DNA from: Octopus bimaculoides
Lineage: Eukaryota
Direction of reading: 5' to 3'
Assembly (NCBI RefSeq): GCF_001194135.2
Contig: NC_068999.1
Span: 4,831,140 to 4,888,307 of the forward strand
DNA length: 57,168 nucleotides
Numbering within the stretch: the stretch's first letter is position 1; each line of letters starts with the position of its first letter. The notes below the pieces were generated by a model, which worked only from the letters and a program-made list of their open reading frames with translations, was not told the DNA's origin and did no database searches. Made by a program: the position numbers and the translations under genes. This document shows positions 12,162-25,212 of this stretch, in pieces.

Positions 12162-12949
12162 CTCTCTCTTTCACACACACACACACACACACACAGAACA
12201 ACAATAAATATATGGAAAAGAGCATTAGGAGAAGAACAGAGATGAGGGAGAAAGAGAGGAGAGAGAGAGACAGAGAGAGAGAAACAGAGAGAGAGAGAAA
12301 CAGAGACAGAGAGAAGAAAAGTGAGTAAATTTCAGAGAGGGGGGGACTAAGACGAGAGCATAGAAAGAGAAAGACACTCAAAGAGAGAGGGAGAGAGTTG
12401 GATGAGAGCGTAAGAGACACACACAAACACACAAACATACACACACACACACACAGATGGTAAGACAGACAAACACAGGGTTGTGGTTAGTTCAGTGGAA
12501 AAGAGATAATGTATGAGTATATATACATACATATATATATGTATGTATATGTGAGGAGGAGAAGGAGGAGGGTTGAAATATGAGGGAGAGAATGAGAAGA
12601 GGAAGAGAGAGACAGGCAGAGACATTGATAGGAAGTTGGAGGAAGTGAATGAATTGGTTACCAAACTTTAACAGCTTTTCCAAAAGAAGTAACAATGTTA
12701 TTATTTTTGTATCCTGCGGGAAAATTTACATCGGCACCATTTCACCGAAAATTGCATTGCCAAAGATTTTATATTGAATAAACATGTGTGTGTGTGTGAG
12801 TGTGTGTGTGCGCGTGCGTGCATGCGTGTTTGTGTGCGTGTAACTCTTCGTGGGGGTGTGGTGGGGGTGACCGTGCGTATAGAGGTAGCATTATTTAATC
12901 ATGATGTGTATATGCACATACATATGCACGTACGCATACATGTATTTGC

Positions 12950-12998
<49 letters not shown>

Positions 12999-13891
12999 NN
13001 NNNNNNNNNNNNNNNNNNNNNNNNNNNNNNNNNNNNNNNNNNNNNNNNNNNNNNNNNNNNNNNNNNNNNNNNNNNNNNNNNNNNNNNNNNNNNNNNNNNN
13101 NNNNNNNNNNNNNNNNNNNNNNNNNNNNNNNNNNNNNNNNNNNNNNNNNNNNNNNNNNNNNNNNNNNNNNNNNNNNNNNNNNNNNNNNNNNNNNNNNNNN
13201 NNNNNNNNNNNNNNNNNNNNNNNNNNNNNNNNNNNNNNNNNNNNNNNNNNNNNNNNNNNNNNNNNNNNNNNNNNNNNNNNNNNNNNNNNNNNNNNNNNNN
13301 NNNNNNNNNNNNNNNNNNNNNNNNNNNNNNNNNNNNNNNNNNNNNNNNNNNNNNNNNNNNNNNNNNNNNNNNNNNNNNNNNNNNNNNNNNNNNNNNNNNN
13401 NNNNNNNNNNNNNNNNNNNNNNNNNNNNNNNNNNNNNNNNNNNNNNNNNNTATATATACGCACTTATGCATATATGTATGCATGTAGATGCGTGCTTATT
13501 ATGGCACCTGATTTTATTAGCTTGTAAACAAAATTATATAAACCATTTCTATCGACCAACCGTGTGGAAACCTGATTGAATCACATGACAGGCGTCAACC
13601 AATCAAATAGCCGACAATATGGATATTACGTTAGTATTAACCAAAATATTTCTTTCCTTCTTTGGCTTAAAACTTGATGCTGTTAAAAGAGGGTTGGCCC
13701 CCGTGCGTAGTCTACTGTAACCAATAAAATACGGATTACGCTTTATGCGAAGGTTGTGCCAAAGTCTTGCAAAAATGGCGACTTTTTTATTAAGTAACAT
13801 AAGTCGTTCAAACTGAACGTGTTGGCTAAGTAACACTTCCTGTCTATAGTAACAGTTCCTGTTCTATTTCGTTTCAGATTAATCTTGCAAA

Positions 13892-14840
13892 TTGCAAGCA
13901 GAAGGAACATATCGTGATTCAGTTCTCAGCGAAGAAGGGTTACAGCTTACGCAACGTCTACCCAATGCTGCAGGGTTTTTTTATGGAGATAATACCCTTG
14001 ACAAGAACAATGTTCGTAGATGGAGGAAGAAGTTTAAAGAAGGCGAAACCAACATCGAAGACAAACTTTACTCTAGAAGTCCGTCACCTGTGACCACTGA
14101 CATGAATTGCGAGCGAATGAAAGAATTGTTTCGCACGGACAGACGAGTCCCAATTTGTGAGTTCGATGCACGACTAGAACGCGATCAGAAGGCCTTACAG
14201 AAGATGGTAAAATATTTTGGGCACATGGAAGCGTGTACATGGAAGCGGATACCTTAGTAGTTGATACCCGATTTGAAGGAGAGAAGAATGGATGTTTGCT
14301 CTTATCTACTAGAATCGTTTTGAGTTGTGTCACAGACCATCTCAAAGGTCAAGGAATTTCAAGAAGCAGCGATTGGCATGGAGAGTTATGGTGACTGTTT
14401 GTGGAGATGACAAGGGTGTCATTCTCCTTGATTGTCGGGAACGTAGCCGTACCGTGACCAGTGAGTGGCACATTGAGACACTAAACAAGTTTAGAGAAAC
14501 CATCGGAAGGAAGGAACCGAACAAGAATTTTTAAATGATCCACATTGACTATGACAACACGCGACCATTCACATCTTTGGTAACAAATCGGTAAATTGGT
14601 CAGTGGTACCCCATCCATTGTAGAGACTGGACCTGGTGCTCTCAAAGTTCCGCTTCTAGGGCATAATAAAAGACAGTCTTCGGGAACACATATTTGGTGA
14701 CACGGAAAATATAAAAATGGCTGCGAAGAAATATGTTCAATCGTGCACGCATGGCTTTCGGTTTTTCAAGGATATTTCGAGAGTGAGGTGCAATAATGGA
14801 GCGGATACATCGCTTGAAGTAGAAACTATACTGAAGGGTA
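13892..14840 (+). pseudogene. Degenerate mariner transposase
   Basis: YGDNTLDKNNVRRWRKKFKEGETNIED (HTH region), KKQRLAWRVMVTVCGDDKGVILLD, DYDNTRPFTS (HDNARPH-like) and a decayed PHPPYSPDL-like block. Multiple stops, frameshifts and a deletion. Confidence 0.8.
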
Positions 14841-15287
14841 TCTTTGTTTAGGATTTAATCTACCAACTTTTGCAATTTGAATGATTTGTGTCAATTTAGA
14901 AGAATGTTATGACCAATACCTAACATTCAACTTTATACACACACGTAAACGAACATAATATGTATATGAATACGTATACATGTATGCATATATACATACA
15001 TGCACGCACACACGGATACACACACACACTTATATGCGTTTATTTATATATGCGCATATACAGAATATGTGCATACGTAATATATTAAGAGGCATACACT
15101 TATATTTAGACATACGTATATATATATACATATATATATACTATATACACATATGTTCTTTCCTTCCTGAGCGTCCAATAACACTGTACTTATTCCACGT
15201 CCTCGCGTTGTTGTTTTTTCGTGTTTTTTCTTGCTTGTTCATGTTTGGATTGAATATACACATATTATATACATATACTATATTCAT

Positions 15288-15320
<33 letters not shown>

Positions 15321-15562
15321 CATATACTATATATATGTATATATATATCTACATACTATGTATATATATAGACACACACACGCTGTGTGTTGTTGTGTGT
15401 GCATCAACAATTCCGTCAATTTCGAAGATGTTCATTCCCATAACTTCAATGTTTTTTTATATCACAACAACATAAATGTGTCAGCTTTGTTCACATAAAA
15501 TCAGTGAAATGTTGTTTTACATATCAAGCACGCTATGGGTGTGCGCGCATATACGTACATAC

Positions 15563-15605
<43 letters not shown>

Positions 15606-15644
15606 ATCGCAGTAAAATTATATATATATATATAAGTACATAAA

Positions 15645-16818
15645 CACAGACATGACAGAAGTAAATAGACACCCCATAAAACATTGTTTTATATTTATTC
15701 TAACTTGTAACGTTTATATTTTTTTAATTGACATCTTTATGTTTCAAGTTCTATATTTGACTGTTTAATCATGCCATGTATAAAAGAAGCCTTGGAACTT
15801 TATGAATTTCAAACATGCCGTATTTTGGGTCATTCTGAAGGTGGACATAGCGAAAAATAGTAGGAAACCTTGGGATCCCGCTTTCTACAGTTAATAGAGT
15901 GACTATCATGCACTTCGCCAAAGAAGGGAATGAATCCACAAGGCCTCTGACATAACAGAACAAGTTGATGTCAGTCCCAGAATAGCTGTTAGGTATCTCC
16001 ACAAACTTGGTTACTATGGCAGAGCAGCAAGAATGAAGCCACTTCTTCTACCAGCGAATATCAAGCGGAGAAAAGATTAGGCCGGTGAGATGGTGGAGAG
16101 ACCACTAGCCTTTTGGGACACTGTGATATTCTCTGATGAGTCCAAATTTGCTATATTTCCTGAAGGTAGGTGGTCGAGTTTGGTTCTGAAGACACTGTGA
16201 TCAAGAATTTGAAGTGAAAAGATTGCAGTCAACAATGAAACACGGCAGCTATTCTGTGATGGTCTGGGGAGCAATTTGGAGCAATGGTTCATCAGAGCTA
16301 ATGGAGCGTGAGGGAAACATGAACTCAGATAAATATGTGTCCATATTGCAGAAAGGACTCCTTCAAATCTTCTCCAGTGGTGAAGTGATAAAAGAAGTCT
16401 CTTTATTTATGGAAGATGGGGCTCCTTGTCACACGACTAAAATGACCCAAGATTTGTTGGATGAGAATGGCATTAAAATTCTTCCATGGCTAAGTCAGTC
16501 ACCAGATATGAACCCTGCTGAACACTTCTGGGACATAATGGACAGGACATTTCATAAAAAGAACAAGAAAGCATCTTGAAAGCCAGATCTTTTGAGATTA
16601 CTGCATGAAACTTGGCAAGAAATTCCTCAATAGAATATTCACCATTTGATCAGTAACATGCCTAACACGGTCCTTGCATTGAAAAATGCAAAGGACACTT
16701 CTACTAAATATTAAATATTCACATTATAACAATTAATGAATAATTTTAATGTATAATTTCAGATTGAAATAAATTTTAATGATTATAAGGGTGTCTATTT
16801 ACTTCTGTCATGTCTGTG
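15645..16818 (+). mobile_element. Tc1-family (DD34E) DNA transposon with both TIRs, non-autonomous
   Basis: Perfect inverted repeat ACACAGACATGACAGAAGTAAATAGACACCC at 15644-15674 and 16789-16819. Flanks are AA (left) and TA (right). Internal transposase relic. Confidence 0.92.
15776..16713 (+). pseudogene. Tc1 transposase pseudogene
   Basis: WDTVIFSDESKF, TMKHGSYSVMVWGAIW, and FMEDGAPCHT...SQSPDMNPAEHFWD with exactly 34 residues between the catalytic D and E. Stops, a frameshift and an N-terminal deletion. Confidence 0.9.
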
Positions 16819-17378
16819 TATGCGTGTGGAGTATACACACAAACTGAAACACACACACATATACATATATACATACACACACAGATATACATATGTGTTT
16901 GTGTGTGCATGCATATATACCCACACGCACAAACATTCGCGCATGAATATGTATTAAGTGTAAATATTTGAAAGTGTATCCTGACACACAAGTGTTTTTT
17001 CATTAGTAAAAGACCGTATGCACTTTATACATACTTACACACACACACACACACACACACACGTATTTATACCCATTCACACACATAACACACATATAAG
17101 ATTTGATTTGATTCGTCATCAATGTTTTCTCGTTATTTGCCAATCCATTTTCAAACAGTTAGCAATTCTGTCATATTATCCACACGATAACAAACTGATT
17201 CCATTGGCCAATCCAAAAGTCACAAAGCCGGATTTAATATTGTAGACTTTTCACTTGAGGCATTTAACATCTTCGGAGGCAAAAGGTGACTCTATCTATC
17301 TATCGATCTATCTATCTATCTATCTGTCTGTCTATCTGTCTCTCTCCCTGTCTCTCTCTCTCTCTATCTCTCTCTCAC

Positions 17379-17434
<56 letters not shown>

Positions 17435-17454
17435 GATCTATCTATCTATCTATC

Positions 17455-17505
<51 letters not shown>

Positions 17506-17508
17506 ACA

Positions 17509-17555
<47 letters not shown>

Positions 17556-17559
<4 letters not shown>

Positions 17560-17768
17560 TGTCTCTGTGTTTTCCTCCTGCACATTGACAACCGGTGTTG
17601 GTTTGTTTATGTCCCCCTGACTTACCTGTTCTGCAAAAAAAGATCGATAGAATAAGTTAAAGAACTTGAAGAACAAATAGTGTGGTCGATTTATTCTATT
17701 AAGCCCTTCAAGGTGGTGCCCCAGCATGACCGCATTTCAATGATTGAAACAAATAAAAATAGAAGATA
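17556..17768 (+). mobile_element. SINE family C 3' half
   Basis: GACAACCGGTGTTGG...GATAGAATAAGT...CCAGCATGACCGCA...GAAACAAATAAAA. Confidence 0.75.
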
Positions 17769-17781
17769 TATACACTCTTAC

Positions 17782-17932
17782 CTGATGTTATACTGTTCTC
17801 TACAAAGAATACGTTCACTTCCACATCAGCGCTAACAAGATGGACGCTTGTAGTTTCCGTTGTAAAGTATACAACCGTCTGGTAACGTTCTCTCACTTAC
17901 ACGCACAGCAGCAATATGGTGCCACTTCCGGT
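17782..17932 (-). promoter_or_regulatory. Candidate TATA-less promoter and first exon
   Basis: ETS-type ACCGGAAGTGG at 17922-17932, followed on the minus strand by donors GT|GTAAGT (17900) and CAG|GTAAGA (17781). No upstream acceptor is visible. Confidence 0.3.
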
Positions 17933-18319
17933 TGGTTTGGAATTTTAATATTTCTCTTTGACCTAAACATTCCTATCTTGACCATGATGTTGAGTTAAAT
18001 AATATATGAATATGTGTGTGAGTGTTTATGCACGTCCGGATGTGTGTTTTCATGCATATACGCGTGTATATTTGTGTGTGTTGTGTGTGTGTATGTGTGT
18101 GTGTGTGTGTGTGTGTGCTTGCGTGTATGCATGTATGTGTATGTATATATACATACATACATATATATGTATGTGTGTGTGTGTGTGTACGTACTCACAC
18201 ACGCACGTTTGTGTACATCATAATTTTCATATTGATAGCTAAGTAGGTTATACAACTGATCGTATAAATAAATATATATGTGTATATGGGTGCGTGTGTA
18301 TACATATATATGCATATAC

Positions 18320-18366
<47 letters not shown>

Positions 18367-18565
18367 NNNNNNNNNNNNNNNNNNNNNNNNNNNNNNNNNN
18401 NNNNNNNNNNNNNNNNNNNNNNNNNNNNNNNNNNNNNNNNNNNNNNNNNNNNNNNNNNNNNNNNNNNNNNNNNNNNNNNNNNNNNNNNNNNNNNNNNNNN
18501 NNNNNNNNNNNNNNNNNNNNNNNNNNNNNNNNNNNNNNNNNNNNNNNNNNNNNNNNNNNNNNNNN

Positions 18566-18601
<36 letters not shown>

Positions 18602-19537
18602 ATTGGGCTTACAGTACTGAGTAGTAGGAAGTGGAGGGCGGTGAGGAAGAGATGAAGGAGAAATGGACTAAGAAGGAAGGAAAGTGTAGAAGAGCCTCCA
18701 CTTCCGGTGAATTTAATGATTATAGTTAATATAATGTATGTTTATGCATGTATGTGTTTATATACAAATACGTATCTATGTTTATGCATGTGTGTCGTCT
18801 CTACGCATGTGCGTATGTATGCGCGCATCATATTTACTCCGTGTAGTGAAAGATGGTCGTATTTTAATGCTGAACATCTGTCGATTTAAACAGTATTCGC
18901 CAAATAGATTGAATATTTTTCCTGTCCTTCTCCATCATCGTTAAAATTCTTCCAGAACTACAGGAAGTTCATACTCTGCACTTAACAGTTTTACGGACGA
19001 ACTCTCTAGTGTTTGGAGTTAAAATGATTGAGAAGATTGTTAACCTCGGCACCTGAGTTACCTCGCTAGCTCCCTATCTACCCATTTATCTTTCTAGTTA
19101 TCTACCTTCGTACATTACCAGACTACCTCCCTCTCTATCCATCTATCTATCTATGAATGGTACCCAAGAGTTAAATGTATGTTCCTGGGTGGAGCGTGTA
19201 ACTGAGAGGTTATAATTTAAGGTTAACACCAGTGTCATACGGAAGCAATACGCCATTGCCTGGTCGATGAACATGCTATAAATATCCGTTAAATCTACCT
19301 CTAATCGTAATATATTAACGTCGTTTAAAAGGGACGCCATTTTGTGCTCCTAAGGTCAATCACATGGTTTGGACTCAGTGCCACTTCGCTGCACTTATAA
19401 TTGTCTTCTCCTTTAGTCCTGAGTTCCGGATGACCAATGTCTTGTGAAAGAATTTGATAAACGAAAACTGTGTAGTATATATGCATATAATGTGTATATA
19501 CGAATCTACACATATAATGTGTGTATTCGTATATAAC

Positions 19538-19710
19538 TGGTACTTCGTCGGATACGACATCGATCAACGGAATAGCTTGTTCGTGAAATTAGCGTGCAAG
19601 TGGCTGAGCACTCCGCAGACCGCAGACACGCGTACCCTTAACGTAGTTCTCAGGGAGATCCAACATGACACAGAATGTGACAAGTCTGGCCCTTGTGAAT
19701 TACAGGTACA
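19538..19710 (-). mobile_element. SINE family B 3' half
   Basis: Reverse complement matches 1735-1910. Confidence 0.85.
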
Positions 19711-20091
19711 ATAATGTAATCTTAAGCGTATGGTGATGCCTCGGTAAAATACAGGATAGTCACTGTTGGAACGGCGAACTATAGGTCTATCCTATCGTGG
19801 TTGAACATGGAATTAAACAACAATGACAATAAGTACTTATTTTTTTCTCAATTTCGGTAAAAATAAAAAAAAATCCATTCTGGTTAAGATTTGAACCCGT
19901 GATGTAAAATAAGCGAAGGCGAACGTTAACATTGCAATGAAGAATATTGTCTGATGTTTTTACTGATTCTTCCAAAAGCCAAAAAACTAACTGCTACAAC
20001 AACATATTGTCTTTGTCAAAAATCAATAAATATTGTAATATGAGAAATTGGTCAAGGACAGGAGTTCGCTGGCGCTATAAAGGCAATATTT

Positions 20092-20142
<51 letters not shown>

Positions 20143-20781
20143 TACACGGATACATAATACACACAGACGCATATGTAAAAGCACGCACATACATGTGCAC
20201 ATATATATGTGTATGTAATGGTTTACTTAAAGCTACATCTGGTGTCTCAAGTACTGTAAGTTAAACATACAGTCGTTTGATTGACATTAGAAAATCCATA
20301 GAAAATCTCCTGAGAAAAACAAAGATAAACAAACATGAACAAAACAAAACAAATGATATTGCTGTATGACAGACTAAGAAGAAGAACAAGAAGAACAGCA
20401 ACAACAAGAAGAACATAATAAGAACAAAATAAATAAGGACATAGAAGAAGGGAAGCACGATGGAGTAAAGTGCAGGAAGAGAAACCGACCAAACTCCGCA
20501 AATATGTCCGTATTGATGTGTGTTTGTAGGAGTGGATATGTGTGTGTGTGAGTGTGTGTGTGGGTGGGTGTTTGTGTATATCTCCCTCTCCTCCACTCTT
20601 TTCCTTGTGCGTGTGTTTTTGGTATTTTTGTTGGTTTCTTTAAAAACGCATTTTCCCTTGTTTATACTCGTTATATCAATAGGCGAACGCCACTTTCGCT
20701 TTTGATGCCAAGAAGCTTGTTTTTGCGCGAATAACTGTGTGCGTGTGTAGAATACACGCGTGTGTGTGTGTGTGTGTGTGT

Positions 20782-20827
<46 letters not shown>

Positions 20828-21248
20828 TCTGGTCATGATGTTTGGATACAATAAACCCAAAATGCCAACGCTGCAAACAGTTCTCTTTGATTACGGATTA
20901 TTACCATCAGCCGAGAGGAATTTCTTGGCATACATTCCCCTACACACNNNNNNNNNNNNNNNNNNNNNNNNNNNNNNNNNNNNNNNNNNNNNNNNNNNNN
21001 NNNNNNNNNNNNNNNNNNNNNNNNNNNNNNNNNNNNNNNNNNNNNNNNNNNNNNNNNNNNNNNNNNNNNNNNNNNNNNNNNNNNNNNNNNNNNNNNNNNN
21101 NNNNNNNNNNNNNNNNNNNNNNNNNNNNNNNNNNNNNNNNNNNNNNNNNNNNNNNNNNNNNNNNNNNNNNNNNNNNNNNNNNNNNNNNNNNNNNNNNNNN
21201 NNNNNNNNNNNNNNNNNNNNNNNNNNNNNNNNNNNNNNNNNNNNNNNN

Positions 21249-21425
21249 AGAGGAGAGAATTGGTCGATTGCATCGATCCCAGTACTTGTCGAATCCTTTA
21301 TTTTATCGACCCCGAAAGAATGTGAAGTAAAGTCGACATCGGCGGAATTTGAACTCGGAGCGTCAAAGCCAGAATAGATGCTTGTAAATAGTTTGCCGGC
21401 GTGCTAGAGAGTCTTCCAGCTCGCC
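21249..21425 (-). mobile_element. SINE family A copy (3' end truncated by gap)
   Basis: TTTTATCGACCCCGAAAG...GAATTTGAACTC. Confidence 0.75.
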
Positions 21426-21431
21426 AACTTG

Positions 21432-21466
<35 letters not shown>

Positions 21467-21467
21467 T

Positions 21468-21640
21468 CTAACTGGGCCCCACCTGCAAAGTCATGCGCTG
21501 TTTATCTTGATATGAGATCACCATGTCGGGCACATACGGTTGTGATGCATGTGCCTGGTGTACCCTTATCAGACGGGTAGTCATGATGGGTATACTGGGC
21601 TTCGTATATTTCACCCCAGTGTCACTCAATAATAATAATA
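21468..21640 (+). mobile_element. Unclassified retroposon 3' end with (AAT)n tail
   Basis: Unique 160-bp block between two (TAA) runs, ending CACTCAATAATAATAAT. It resembles a recurrent octopus repeat from recall; not verified. Confidence 0.4.
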
Positions 21641-21644
21641 GAAA

Positions 21645-21897
21645 ATCCCCATAATAATAGGTGCAATAGGTATGATTAAAAAACATTAAGGCATAACCAA
21701 AACACTGGGAATTACGAATGTATGTAACATACTGAAAATAGCACTGCTAGGCACCGCACACATCCTACGTAAAACACTTTCAATACAATAAAAATAAGAG
21801 CATCACAGCAAACCACAGCACATACCCAAGGCACACAGAGCTGCGTTCGGTAGTGCAGTGAAAGCACGTGATAGAAATAAGACTACTGAATGATAAT

Positions 21898-21948
<51 letters not shown>
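21645..21948 (+). mobile_element. Dong/R4-like RLE retrotransposon, severely 5'-truncated, with 3' UTR and (TAA)n tail
   Basis: 21645-21791 reads IPIIIGAIGMIKKH*GITKTLGITNVCNILKIALLGTAHILRKTLSIQ*, the typical R4-clade C-terminus. A ~100-bp UTR and ~18 (TAA) units follow. Confidence 0.8.
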
Positions 21949-22160
21949 TCTTTCTACTATAGGCACAAGGTCTGAAATTTGGGGTAAGGGGCTAGTCAAT
22001 TACATTGACCCCAGTGTTTCACTGGTTCTTAATTTGTTGACCCCGAAAGGATGGAAGGCAAAGTCGACTTCGGTGGAATTTGAACTCAGAACATGAAGAC
22101 AGACGAAATGCCGCTAAGCATTTCGCCCGGCGTCCTAACGGTTCTCTCAGTTCAACGCCT
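21949..22160 (-). mobile_element. SINE family A copy sharing the (ATT)n tract as its tail
   Basis: Full family A body on the minus strand. Confidence 0.85.
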
Positions 22161-23097
22161 TCATGACTATCTATATTATATATACACATGTATGTATATA
22201 TACCTCAATGTAAACATATTAAAAATAGAAATTAAAAAGCTGGAAACAAAGCGAACCACTGTCCTTGTCTAGTTTGTCGGTTCCTTCTGGCCAATAGCAA
22301 ACTAAGTCCCTATTTCAGGAATAAATTCCTTCTCCAATCTCTGGGTCCCTGTTGAGGGCCGTGAACGCCGCCATTCGGCATCTGATTCAGTCATGACAAC
22401 AAAGTAGATGAAAATAGATTTACGTGTTTGAAATGTGGTCAATAGTAAAGCCAGTTTATCTAAATATGTTGAACAGAACAGACAGACAGCCGCATCACGT
22501 GATCTGTCGTAGGGGTTAAAAATGGCCGTTAACTCTGTAATCAATCACAAAATTGTTCATATATTTGTTTACCTTCTGGCACGAGTATTCACCTACTCAA
22601 TAGAGGTTTAGTCGAGAAAGCTGTTGGGGAGTAGGTAAGGAGGGCCACTCAGGTGCCAAAGTTAGGGTTTACCCTGTTCTTCCTCTTCCACCCTCTATTT
22701 TATTATTCATTTGTTTATTTATTCATTTTTAATTTATTGTTTTTTCATTTATTTTCTTTCGTTTAAAAACCTGTTTTATTGCCAGATATTGATTGACTAA
22801 AGTTCATTTCAACTTAATGTTTCGACACACACACACACACACACATATGTACATACATACGTGTATGTACGTATGTATGTATGTATGTATGTATGTATGT
22901 ATGTATGTATGTATGTATGTATACGAACTGCACAAACACCCACACCCACACATTGCGGGGAATAACACAATTCAACAAGAGATTTATGGAAATTTTAATA
23001 AATCTAACAAATGTTTTCGTTCTTTGATGTGACTCGTAAATTTTCTTTTTCCTCCTATCATGCTCCCAAGTCTCTCACAACCAAATTAAAACCAAAG

Positions 23098-23525
23098 AAA
23101 ACTATAACTCACTGTGGTACCTACTTACAGCTAAGTAGACTGGACTGTCGACAGTTAAGTGTGCTAGCCATGGACACAGTACAGTGAACTATGCAACAGT
23201 GTGGTACCTACATACAGCTAGGTAGACTGGGCTATCTACAGTTCAGTGTGTTGGTCATGGACACAGTACACTGAAGTACATCACAGTATGGTACCTACAT
23301 ACAGCTAGGTAGACTGGACTGTTGACAGTTAAGTATATTGGTCATAGACACAGTACAATGAACTATATCATTGTGGTACCCACATACAGCTAAGTAGACT
23401 GCACAGTTGACAGTTATGTGTGTCGGCCATGGACACAGTAAGATGAACTACACTACAGTGTGGTACTTACTTACAGCTAGGTAGACTGAGCTGTTGACAG
23501 TTAAGTACACAGTAAGATATGAACC
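23098..23525 (+). repeat. 87-bp satellite array 1 (~4.9 units)
   Basis: GGTAC anchors at 23116, 23203, 23290, 23375 and 23462. Confidence 0.95.
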
Positions 23526-23866
23526 TCAATACTTCGATTTATCGTCCAATATGTTATCAGTTCTACATTTCTCTCCTATCGAAGTTCGATCATTAACACG
23601 TTATAGAAAAAAGATCAAATAAATATTAAAAAAATACTTTAAAATAACTAAATAAATAAAGAATACGTCTAAATGATTGATTTAATATTGGTTTATTAAA
23701 GGTTGTTGACGCGTTGGGTGGTGGTGGTGGTGGTGGTGGTGGTGTGTGTATGTGTGTGTGTGTGTGATCATGTGTCTGTGAGCATGTGTACGTATGTATG
23801 TCTTTGTTCGAATGTGTATGAGCTTGTATTTGTGTGTACATGGTATTGAATTTGCAAGATTGTTTT

Positions 23867-23948
<82 letters not shown>

Positions 23949-24827
23949 TCAGTGATTTTTGTCATGACTGTGTGTAAGGAAAGTCTTGTGTTTGGTGCAT
24001 ACAGAGCGAAGGGGGGGGGGCGAAGGAGAGAGAGAGAGAAGAAAGAGAAATAGAGGAAGAAAACTGAGTGAGAGTGAAACAGTCAGACGGAAAAGAAGAG
24101 AGAAAGGTAGAGCGAGTGAGAGCAAGATAGAGAGTGAGGGGTAAACAGAGAGAGAGATAGAGAAACAGAGAGAGAGAGATAAACAGAGAGAAAGAGATAA
24201 ACAGAGGGACAGAAATAGACATAAATATCGAGAGAGACAGAGTGACAGAGAGATAGAGAGTAAGAGGACGAGGCAGAGAGAGTAAGAGGACGAGGCAGAG
24301 AGTGTCAGAAAGGTGAAAGTCTGCAATAATTCCAACCATTTATCACTTTGGTTTGTCTTGTGTTCTTCCTTATTTCTTCGTCAATGTTTTCAAATATTTT
24401 CTTATATTTTGCTTTTTTCTTTATTATTTTCCGGTTTTATTTCATTTATTTCTATATACTTTGTTTCTATAATTGTTTTTCTTTCTTTCTGTTTTTTCTT
24501 TTCTTTTTTTGTTCCTTCTATTTTTTTTTCTCTCTCCAGAGTTTCCAATTCCATCCGACACCCATCCTCTACCTTTCGAAGAAAAGAAATTGAAAATTCC
24601 TTATCGAATTCTCCATTGATCTCTTTCTGTCTTCCCACTTGGCACCACTTCCACACTCCACTAAACTACACCAAAATTTCGGAATGTCATTGAATGGCGT
24701 TGTCTGAAGTTGAGATGTTCATGCTTTTCTCGGGGAAATTAGCTTCAGGAGCCATATAAGCAATTAATAGTTTAGATTTAGATCGGGTTCTGCAGACAAC
24801 GCTTAGATTGGTAATTGATGCAAGTAC

Positions 24828-25080
24828 TATGCTGTAGTATAGTTCACTGTACTGTGTCCATGACCAACGCACTTAATTGTCGACAGTCCAGTCTACCTAG
24901 CTGTAAGTAGGTACCACAGTATGGTATAGTTCGTTGTACTGTGTCCATGACCAATACACTTAACTGTCGACAGCCCAGTCTATCTAGCTGTAAGTAGGTA
25001 CCACAGTGTGGTATAGCTCATTGTACTGTATCCATGACCAACACACTTAACTGTCGACAGTCCAGTCTATCTGGCTGTAG
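24828..25080 (-). repeat. 87-bp satellite array 2 (~2.9 units, inverted)
   Basis: GGTACC anchors at 24910 and 24997. Reverse complement of the array 1 monomer. Confidence 0.95.
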
Positions 25081-25087
25081 GAAAATA

Positions 25088-25171
25088 ACTACCAGTGAAG
25101 AAATGGGGTTGGTCTGATTTGCTGGACCTACTTCCCTGAAACCTACTGGCCCTGTGCCTATCGTAGAAAGA

Positions 25172-25212
<41 letters not shown>

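Noticed and set aside
12655-12715. Possible 52-bp minus-strand exon (DTKIITLLLLLEKLLKFG)
   Set aside because: Weak donor (GTAACC), short length and no recognisable homology.
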